Positions 53,813-64,000 of a stretch of 64,000 nt of DNA are shown here, piece by piece (positions within the stretch are counted from its first letter, which is position 1; the number at the start of each line of letters is the position of its first letter). This DNA is from Schmidtea polychroa (taxonomy: Eukaryota). A program made the position numbers and the translations under genes. Under the pieces are notes generated by a model that did no database searches, was not told the DNA's origin, and worked only from the letters and a program-made list of their open reading frames with translations. Where the stretch lies: contig CM097885.1 in the NCBI GenBank assembly GCA_044892525.1, positions 11,162,001 to 11,226,000 on the forward strand, read 5' to 3'.

Positions 53813-54152
53813 GTAATAATAATAATAATTATTATTATTATTATTTATTATTATTATTATTATTATCATTATTTATTGTTATTAATATTATTTATTATTA
53901 TTAATATTATTTATTATTATTATTTATTATTAATAATATTATTTATTATTATTATTATAATTATTACTATTAATATTAAAATTATAATTTTTTTCATTTT
54001 ATCACCATTGGTTCATTTTCATTTTTAAAATATACTTAAATAATAGTAGATGGATTGGGCACCGCTGGCACAGGGCACCGCTAGCACAGTAGCCCCCCCC
54101 CCCCGTCGGTAAGATTTTCAAAAATATTCTAAGTCTAAAAGTACATTTTTTT

Positions 54153-54769
54153 TCAAGGTCAAATTTAAACAAAGACATATGACTCATCAAGGTCATTGAG
54201 ACAAAGACCATGACTCATATTATGACTCATCAAATTTTTCAAGGTCATTTAAACAAAGGCCATGAGTCATCATATGACTCATCAAGGTCATTTTCAAGGT
54301 CATATGACTCATACTATGACTCATCAAGGTCAAAAAAATTTTCTCAGGGTCATTTAAACAAAGGCCATGGCTCATCAAGGTCATTTTCAAGGTCATATGA
54401 CTCATACTATGACACATCAAGGTCATTGAAACAAAGACCATGACTCACAGTATGACTCATCAAGGGCATTTCCAAGGTCATATGACTCATAATATGACTC
54501 ATCAAGGTCATTTTCAAGGTCATATGACTCATAGTATGACTCAAATGACCTTGAAAATTTTTTCAAGGTCATATGACTCATGATATGACTCATCTCGGTC
54601 ATTCTCAAGGTCTTATGACTCATCCGATGACTCATCAAACTTTTCAAGGTCATTTTCAAGGTCATCTGAGTCATTTTATGACTCATCAAGGTCATTTTCA
54701 AGGTCACGTGACTCATCCAAGGTCATTCCCAAGGTCATATGAGTCATCGCGATGACTCATCAAGGTCAT
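54153..54769. repeat. TGACTCA/CAAGGTCA array (copy 2)
   Basis: Duplicate of 27702-28318. Confidence 0.9.
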
Positions 54770-55124
54770 ATTATTATTTTAAAAAATATTATTATTTTTA
54801 TTATTATTTTTAAAAATATTATTATTTTATTTTTAATTTTTTCAAAGTTCCCGCCAACGAAAATTAATAATCGATAGCTCATTTTAAAGCTCAATCCAAG
54901 ACCTTTCGAATGAGCCATATATCTTGTTATTAGTATTATTAGTATTATTAGTATTAATCTATATACACCGAGTCTATATACTCTGAGTCTATCCGACAAA
55001 ATATTTTGTCCCCCTATGGGTAATGCTCACAAGGGTACTGGTCACGCTCAACAAATCAACAAAACATACATTTATTTAAACAATAAAATAATGTAAAATT
55101 AACAAAGGTAAACTTAATATTTAT

Positions 55125-55753
55125 TTACATGTATATAGTATGATATTCATTAATCAGTGTTGAACAAGCTTGACACTTGCGAACAATCTTCTCGTTACAC
55201 TTAGAACAAACAATTACGTGACCGCACGGTAAATACAAAACCGAAACTCGATTTTCTTTACAAATTGAGCAAGTTAAATACCTTTTCTTAACATCGCTCA
55301 GTTTTTTCGTTAGCTTATTTTCAATCAAATCGGTTTTTGCTATCCAATCATAAATCAATCTACTATATCCAGGTTTCAACCTTAAAAACATACAACTCCA
55401 AAAGTATTCATTCAGTGAATCATTGTTTACTGCTATTTTTTCTAAGTACATTAAATAACAAGATAACTTTAAAATGGATTTCTCATAATTAAATAAATCA
55501 AACAAATATTCAATAGAGGAATGTTTGAAAATCTTTAAAATATTTATGAGTTGCTTATCACTGTAAGTATCATGATTATTTATAAAATCTTCAACTGTGT
55601 TGTTAAAAAATTTCATTGAAATTTCGGAATCGGTCGGACTTAATTTTTCCTTATTTCTTCCTTGCTATAAATGACATATATAAAAAAATATTGACAAAAT
55701 AATAAAGTTACCAAATGTGTTACACATTCATCAATTTTATTTGTAGAAATCAT
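55125..55753 (-). CDS. IAP-type RING protein (copy 2); exons 55753-55712, 55664-55125
   Basis: Duplicate of 28674-29302. Confidence 0.8.
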
Positions 55754-55881
55754 TAGTAATAAATAACTAAATTACTTTTGTTCTTACATTTATAAAATGT
55801 GATAGCCAATCAAAATATAGAAATTGTAACCATCAAATGGATAATAAGCATGACTAGTAACCTTGCAAGCTGTTTAAAGTT

Positions 55882-55915
<34 letters not shown>

Positions 55916-55930
55916 GCAAGCTGTTTAAAG

Positions 55931-55979
<49 letters not shown>

Positions 55980-56029
55980 ATTATTATTATTATTATTAAT
56001 ATTATTATTATTATGCAAGCTGTTTAAAG

Positions 56030-56081
<52 letters not shown>

Positions 56082-56089
56082 GTGATTGA

Positions 56090-56312
56090 TATAGCTGCAT
56101 GCTCACTGCAGACTATACTTATATAGCTGCATGCTCACTGCAGACTATACTTATATAGCTGCATGCTCACTGCAGACTATATATAAAAATACTGATATAG
56201 CTGCATGCTCACTGCAGACTATATATAAAAAAAAAACTGATATAGCTGCATGCTCACTGCAGACTATATATAAAAAAAAACTGATATAGCTGCATGCTCA
56301 CTGCAGACTATA
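56090..56312. repeat. Six-unit hairpin array (copy 2)
   Basis: Duplicate of 29633-29855. Confidence 0.92.
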
Positions 56313-56543
56313 TAAAAATCACCATTAAATATAAAAAATTATAATAAAAGACCAAATACTTAAAAAATTAAAAAAAAAAAATCTGATTAAAAATTTTATT
56401 GAATATGTATATATAAATACAAGTTTTATACAATATACAGGTTTTTGTACAAGTTTTTAAATAAAAGTTTCTATACAATTTTTTATAAATCATGAAATCA
56501 CTATACAAGTTTTTATAAATCAAAAATATAAAGTTTTTTCTAT

Positions 56544-59500
56544 TTAAATTTGATCTTCGTCCCATTCGCTGTCGTCAAAACTGGGACTTGGAGCTGCACT
56601 GAATTCCTCATCATATTCGCTTAAATCGTCAACTCCTAAATAGTGCCCAAATGCGTAACTTATGTTTTTTCCTAGCCACGCGCGCTTATCATCATTATTA
56701 CTTAGGGCAATTTTCGAATTTTTAAAAGTAAAAAGTTGGTGATTTCTAGTACCTATTCTAGTCTGCGGTACAGAAATCACCTGATTTGAATGAAAGCAAT
56801 TTAGATATGATTCGTGATTTATTGATGTCCCTGGTAATTTAACCCCTTTCGCTTTTACTGTTTCCTTACTACCTAAAAGACTATAACATTTAGGGCGTAA
56901 GAAAACCCATTCAGAATAACCTAATCCCTTGCTCTCATCTTTAAACTTCCCGATGACAGAGTCAAGGTTCCTATTATATAAGGGGTGTGTTGGATCGTAA
57001 TTTGACGTATCCAATAAATTATCAGAGATCATCTGAGGTAATAGAGTTGTTAATTTTAAATTTTTAATTTCCAAAAAGAAACTGTCGGTATCACCGGCAA
57101 TAATATTAATTATACATTTATATTGGCGTCTGTACTTCTCCAAATCAATATATTGGAGCTGGTACATCCGCAGTTTAGACAGATCTAGTACTGTTTGACC
57201 AATGTAGCTAGGTCTGTCTAAACAAATCACATCTTTTTCCAAATGTGCCGCAATCAGATCGTTATCGATTCTTATGGACTTTCTGAAAGTCGGCTTTGAG
57301 GAGTATACTATCATCTTTTCGGATGAATTACACAACCTCAAATTCATTCTTTTTTTCAAATTTTCAACCGATTTACCGTAAAGAGAGTTATTATACAATT
57401 TAAACAAGTCCCTATATATCTCGCTAGTAGACTGAGATCGTAAAGTGGTGTTGGTGTCTATGTAGGATTTAAAGATAGGTCCTTGTTTAAACTTTATACA
57501 TCTATGAATATTTACAACAACCGCACCTAATTCTATATACAATTTGAGAAGCTTCCAATGAAGAACATAATTCCTCTTTGGCCAATGCGTAAGCATAAGC
57601 TTCTCAACTTTTGAATTAGGCGGGCACAACTTTTCCGGCGCAAGCGGAAAATCATTCAAAAAGTCATGCACACATTCCGGAATATCGATATCGACCTCCA
57701 TAGTATACCCATATGGAAGGTTATCAATATCCGTGTTCATACATTCAAGTAAAACATCATTCAAGTTATTATTCACCCAAGAAAAATCACCATACGGAAG
57801 ATTTTGGCTAAGAGCCCAACCATACAGATTATTTATATCAATGTACAATAATTCTGTATCATCTGAAGTAGCCGTGTAATGTTTGTTAACAAATGTTAAC
57901 CCACCCCGGATACCTCCCTCATAGAAATTATACATTTCCATGTCCTGCAGAAGTTCTATTGGTTCCGTTAATGTCATAAGCGCTGAGGCCCATGACATAC
58001 CGGGAATCCCGTAGAAATTAAGAGGATCCAGACCATTGTAAGCAATTGCCTTACCGCGGAATTGCTGAAAATAATCTGCGAGGAGGTATACGTCCAATTT
58101 TAGGTAGATTAACATATAATCTAACAAATTATTACAGTTATGCTGACTCCAAATTAGTTGAGCCTCAGCGTACTGATCTTCCGTAACATCAGACCAAATA
58201 GGAGGTAATTCTAAAGTCGATTCAAGAACATCCAAAGAAGTAGCGAAATTATATGGAAAGATACCTTTAGAGTGAATCATCGACCCTTGAAAGACAGACG
58301 AAGTTAACGGAAAAGTAGTTAAGGTTTTCACAGCTTTTGCTAAAGAACAATTAACAAATTGCATGCTGTCAATAAAACGAACAGGCAATTTGTTAATATA
58401 TGCAATTAAAGATATAAATTTTTCTGTAGAGGTAGGTATAATATTAAGTTCCCAAAGGGGAAAATCACTGAGACCATGTTTTAAAATATGGTGGAGGTCA
58501 TAGCCTCGTAAATTATGAAAGACAACAGGTAACAATTTATTAATCCTGCGAGAGATATTGCATTTCCTACATGCCGCTCCGACATATCTACCTGTAAAAT
58601 GGCAATGATCTCTCACAGGATTAATAATAGATTTTTTACACAAATAACAAATAGTGGTAGATCGAAAGGCACGCTCCTGAGCAAAAGACAAAGTAGACAT
58701 ACCTTTACGACCTTCAAGTTCATAATATGGCAGGACAATTGTGACAGCAATTTCCTCCACTTTCCTCAAAAAATCCAAAATACAATTAGGTCCAAAAAAA
58801 TAATAATAAAATTTTGTGTTTGTATAATTATTAATTAATAAAAGACCTGCTGATATGGGTAAATGTATTTGATGATATGTTTCATGTTCTGGTAAAACCG
58901 ATTCAAAATCGGCATAAATTACGAAGGGAGGTGTAACTGTTTTTGCGTAATCTGTGAATAATAAATCCTTATTTTTAGGAAGTGTATACAAGGTTGTGCC
59001 AGTCTGATTTTTACAGCATAGAGCAACATGCTGATCGAAAGCATTCTTATATCTAAAGCCATTTAAACAATGTGGGCACCAGTTACACCTTTTTTGAACG
59101 TTAACATTTTCATTTAAATGGCAATTCATTAATTTGTCCAAGTCTGTCACGGCCGTATAATGATATTTATCTTTATTACTCAAAAGTAATAAATAAATTG
59201 GCCTACCATCTATAACCTTGGAGCGATGTATGATATTAAGATGAGGGTGGTGAGCTACATAATCCTGAGAAATATCACTATCAGTACTGGCTGGATTATA
59301 CGAAAGAACGTTTATGCTTAAATTTAAATCACGATTTTTCCTTTCAAATTTAGGAATGTTACATAGCCTCATCGGGCAATCGGTGTCTTCGTCATAATTT
59401 AATAGAGGTAAAAATTCTATATATTTGGCGGCTCTTTGGTGATTACGACCTATTTCTTCTCTTTTTAAAAGTGCAAGAATGCTATATAAGAAACACTTAT

Positions 59501-60598
59501 GGTCGTTGTTTTTAACGTTAATTATTGCATGTTTTAATTTTAAAGCCGATGGGGTTTTTATATAGCTATGTCCGGATAATCTACTAACGGGTGCGTATTT
59601 CGTTAAAATAAAATCTATCTCTAAAATATTCACTACTCGCCACCCGCTTCCTAAATAGGTGAATTGCTCAATCTTTTCATTTAATTTGCTCACCCCCTCG
59701 TTTATAAAATTTGCTGAAAAAACTTGCGCATTGTTTGAAAAATAATTATCCCGGATCTCCCCATCTTTTTCAAATTTAATTAAAATTGTAAATTGGATTT
59801 TTACATTGCCCATCTTTTCTATTTCCTCTATTAATCTTTCTTCAATTTTTGATGTTAGGGCTATTTTAACCAGGTTTTCATTTCTTATATTAAATTTTAA
59901 AGTTTTACGTGATCCATTCAAATCGGATTCAACAACTGGTTCAAACAAAGAGCCGCCTATTTGACATATGTTGAAAGACGTTGAAGCTACACATTCATCA
60001 TTGATGACTATCACTTCTTGTTGTGTAATGGGTGATTGTTGTGTAATGGGTGCTTGTTGTGTAAACGATGTTGAAGCTACACATTCATCTTTGCTGATGA
60101 CTATCACTTCAGGTCGCGATAATTTATTAGGAATGCAATTTTTAATTAAACCAGCAGGTCTTTTAATAGAATCTTTTTTAATATTTATAATATCTTTTTT
60201 AATAATATTTATAGTATCTTTTTTAATAATAATAGCATCTTTTTTAATAGAATCTGTTTTTTCTTTTATAATATTTTTTTTAATATTTTTTAAATCTTTT
60301 TTAATACCTTTTTTTATATCTTTTTTAATAGTATTTTTTGGTAAATTTTTTGATAAATTTTTTTGTAATTTCTTATTTATTTTTTTAAATAAAACATTTT
60401 TTGATATCGAAAATTGCCCTAAGTGACTATGATGTTTATTAAAAAATTCCCTATATTTTATTTTTTCGCTAGTCACGCATTTGGGGCATATAAAAAAGTT
60501 GACGGAATTAAACGTCTTTTTGTAGTACTTTTTCATTGTGCGATGACATTTATCGCTATGTCCATTTGCAGCTTGACAATAATTTGGGTATAGTCTAC
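56544..60598 (-). CDS. polB: Protein-primed family B DNA polymerase (copy 2)
   Basis: Same 1330-aa ORF 56544-60536; frame open to the acceptor at 60598. Confidence 0.95.
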
Positions 60599-60655
60599 CT
60601 GTTAAATAATAAAATTAAAGTTTTTTCTTTTTTCTAATTGTTATTAATTGTTACA

Positions 60656-60729
60656 TCTATAAGGATTTATCATCATTTGTTATTTAATTCAAATGAACTA
60701 TATAACAAATGATGATAAATCCTTATAGA
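60656..60729. repeat. Perfect 28-bp inverted repeat (copy 2)
   Basis: Duplicate of 34199-34272. Confidence 0.92.
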
Positions 60730-60827
60730 AAATAGGTTAATAGAGAATATTAGAGAGATTTTAGTATATGGGTCAGATTATTATATGTTAAATATTAGAC
60801 GAGTAAGATTATTATTATTAAAGAGAA

Positions 60828-60900
60828 GTAGCTGCATGCTCACTGCAGACTACTATATAGCTACATGCTTACTGTAGACAATAGTAGAAGGGTCAGATTA

Positions 60901-60955
<55 letters not shown>

Positions 60956-61048
60956 ATTATTATTATTAAAGAGAAGTAGCTGCATGCTCACTGCAGACTA
61001 CTATATAGCTACATGCTTACTGTAGACTATAGTAGAAGGGTCAGATTA

Positions 61049-61103
<55 letters not shown>

Positions 61104-61189
61104 TTATAAAAGAGAAGTAGCTGCATGTTCACTGCAGACTACTATATAGCTACATGCTTACTGTAGACTATAGTAGAAGGGTCAGATTA

Positions 61190-61271
<82 letters not shown>

Positions 61272-61357
61272 TTATAAAAGAGAAGTAGCTGCATGTTCAC
61301 TGCAGACTACTATATAGCTACATGCTTACTGTAGACTATAGTAGAAGGGTCAGATTA

Positions 61358-61415
<58 letters not shown>

Positions 61416-61501
61416 TTATAAAAGAGAAGTAGCTGCATGTTCACTGCAGACTACTATATAGCTACATGCTTATTGTAGACTATAGTAGAAGGGTCAGATT
61501 A

Positions 61502-61535
<34 letters not shown>

Positions 61536-61604
61536 TTATAAAAGAGAAGTAGCTACATGCTTACTGTAGACTACTATGTAGCTACATGCTTACTGTAGAC
61601 TACA
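60828..61604. repeat. Double-hairpin/(ATT)n array (copy 2)
   Basis: Duplicate of 34371-35147. Confidence 0.92.
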
Positions 61605-61607
61605 TTA

Positions 61608-61665
<58 letters not shown>

Positions 61666-61786
61666 TTAACTATTGTAGATGCACATTGCAAACTACAAGG
61701 ATTTTATAACTATAATTTTGTAATAACTTTTTAAATATTTTCATAATAATTTCAAAAACATAGTATTTACTTCATAAATCATTTTC

Positions 61787-62277
61787 TTCATAATTTTCGT
61801 CATAAGTTTCATCATAATTTTAGTCATAAAGTATTTTCATCATAAATTTTCGTCATTATTTCATCATAATTTTGGTCATAAATCATAAAGCATTTTCATC
61901 ATAATTTTGGTCATAAATCATAATAAATCATTTTCAGCATAATTTTGGTCATAAATCATAAAGCATTTTCATCATAATTTTGATCATAAATCATAAAGCA
62001 TTTTCATCATAATTTTGGTCATAAAGCATTTTCATCATAATTTTGGTCATAAATCATAAAGCATTTTCATCATAATTTTGGTCATAAAGCATTTTCATCA
62101 TAATTCTGGTCATAAAGCATTTTCATCATAATTTTGGTCATAAATCATAATAAATCATTTTCATCATAATAATTCATTTTCATCATAAATTTTCTTCATA
62201 TTTTCATCATAATCATTTTCTTCATAAATCATTTTTTCATCAATTTTTTGGCATATTTTCATCATAAAATCATTTTC
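61787..62277. repeat. CATCATAATTTTGGTCATAAA minisatellite (copy 2)
   Basis: Duplicate of 35330-35820. Confidence 0.85.
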
Positions 62278-62421
62278 TTCAACAGTTTCATTATAATTTT
62301 TATCCAAATATTTAAAAAATTTTTTATCAAAATGTTTTTTTTTTTATGAAAATATTTAAAAAGTTGTTACGAAATTTTAATAAATTTTAATATAAAAAAT
62401 ATAAAAATAAATGAATCTTAC

Positions 62422-63212
62422 ATTTCGATTCCATATCGGAATCAGAGTCCTCCTCATTAGAAGCGATGTCATTCATTTCGTCCATATTAGAACTATTATC
62501 GGAATCATCATCTTCAGCAATTTCATAATCTTCGGCATCAATGTCAACATTGAAAACATTTGAATTTGAACATTTGAAAACATTTGAAACATTTTCTAAA
62601 ATGAAAAATTAATTTAATAAAGTGAAAAATAATAAAATTTACTTTTTTCTTCGAAAACCTTGTTTTGCCCAACATCCTTAACTGGGGCATCAATAAATAT
62701 CAAATCCTCATCGGCATTAATTTCTTCGTCTTCGCTAATAGTAATAATACTAGGTTCTAAATGCAAAAATTAATTTAATAAAAATTAAAATTATAAATTT
62801 ACCGATGATATTTTCCGTATTTAAAATCGATTCGGCATTAATTTCTTCATCGTCGTCGCTAATAGTAATAATACTAGGTTATAAATGCAAAAATTAATTT
62901 AATAAAAATTAAAATTATAAATTTACCGATGATATTTTCCGTATTTAAAATCTATTCGGCATTAATTTCTTCATCGTCGTCGCTAACAGTAATAATACTA
63001 GGTTCTAAATGCAAAAATTAATTTAATAAAAATTAAAATTATAAATTTACCAAAGATATTTTCTACATTTAAAAGCGAATCGTTTTCGGTAACCTCATAC
63101 CAGTCGAATGGTTCTAAATAAAATAGAATAAAATATAATAAAATAGAAAAAAAAAATTACCATTCGTCAAAAGACTTCTCAAAACGCGATCGTTATTATT
63201 GTTATTTTGCAT
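62422..63212 (-). CDS. Predicted multi-exon acidic coding leader; exons 63212-63161, 63113-63051, 63004-62927, 62880-62803, 62756-62643, 62595-62422
   Basis: ATG at 63212; GTAA donors and T-rich TAG acceptors with 46-47 nt spacing; all introns phase 1; exon 3 has a TAG and the exon 4 acceptor is AT. Confidence 0.65.
62731..63070. repeat. 124-bp tandem repeat (exon + intron unit), ~2.7 copies
   Basis: TAATAATACTAGGTT.TAAATGCAAAAATTAATTTAATAAAAATTAAAATTATAAATTTACC recurs with period 124. Confidence 0.9.
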
Positions 63213-63572
63213 TTTAGCTAAACAGATTTTTGAAAAATTTAGAAAAATTGTGACAAATTTTAGATTTGTCGATGTTTATAAAGAGAATGAATATTTTCCT
63301 GTCCCAGCCAATGAGAATATAGACACACACACATATACACAGAATATTTTACTCTCTCAACCAATCACACACATGCATGTATGTAATGTAAATCAGTCAG
63401 AATTACATGTGACTGCCTTTGTTAGTCATGCCTTTGTTAACTTGCACTGTGCATGCCTCAGGCAAATGCAGTCTTTATGTTACAAATAATAATATTTATT
63501 AGAATAATAATAAAATTAATTAAAAATAATAATATTTTTCACAATAATAATAATATTAATAATATTAATAAT

Positions 63573-63630
<58 letters not shown>

Positions 63631-63720
63631 TTAATAATAATAATAATAATATTAATAATAACACAACAACAAAGGAAAGGATACATTTATTAAACATCAA
63701 ATTTATTAAACATTTTTTCT

Positions 63721-64000
63721 TTAAACATCAAATTTTTTGTACAATAACCAAGCTAAACAATGTTGACCGCATGTTTGGGTCAAAGGATTTTGAAACATAG
63801 TTTTATTATACACAATAGGTTTTCCCATTGTTTGTAGTTTTGATATCAACAAAGCCGGGTAATAGAAACCCATAGGATCGAACACGAATATATTACCAGG
63901 TTTCACATATATAGCTATCCAATGTTCTCCACCAAGATGAGACGATTGAGTATTGACGATTATTGCTTGATTATTGCTCAAATATGGAATTTTATCAAGA
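63721..64000 (-). CDS. Adenain-like (adenoviral-type) cysteine protease, 5' end outside the window
   Basis: LDKIP..IIVNT..GEHWIAIY..FDPMG..FQNPLTQTCGQHC (His/Asp/Gln/Cys); frame open to the window edge. Confidence 0.9.
   Translation of the reverse strand, partial: LDKIPYLSNNQAIIVNTQSSHLGGEHWIAIYVKPGNIFVFDPMGFYYPALLISKLQTMGKPIVYNKTMFQNPLTQTCGQHCLAWLLYKKFDV

Larger units (their letters stand above)
54045..64000 (-). mobile_element. Polinton/Maverick (adintovirus-like) element continuing beyond the window
   Basis: pPolB, adenain-type protease and RING gene co-oriented; putative AGTAG terminus. Confidence 0.9.

Overview
Very AT-rich eukaryotic, probably animal, genomic DNA with short (about 43-57 nt) GT-AG introns, many (ATT)n/(AT)n microsatellites and dense transposon debris. 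Positions 1-9.9 kb hold two solo LTRs with TSDs, a gypsy 3' remnant, and a 5'-truncated Penelope element split by a piggyBac. Positions 9870-62748 are an almost identical head-to-tail duplication of a ~26.4 kb unit. Each unit has several hAT elements (one nested in another), a pogo/Tigger remnant, a decayed Ulp1-protease-bearing element, two myosin-II gene fragments, an intact-looking but divergent 3-exon RPB5 gene, and one end of a Polinton/Maverick (adintovirus-like) element. That element carries an AP-1/NR5A-motif array, an IAP-type RING gene and a 1330-aa protein-primed PolB ORF. Only the second copy continues, to an adenain-type protease at the window edge. Most notable: the viral genes appear to be spliced with host-sized introns (a 2-exon RING gene, and six upstream phase-1-spliced mini-exons with SUMO-interacting-like motifs that could join in frame to PolB), and PolB is flanked on both sides by arrays of a ~28-nt hairpin with compensatory base changes. 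All calls come from reading the sequence; no searches were run.
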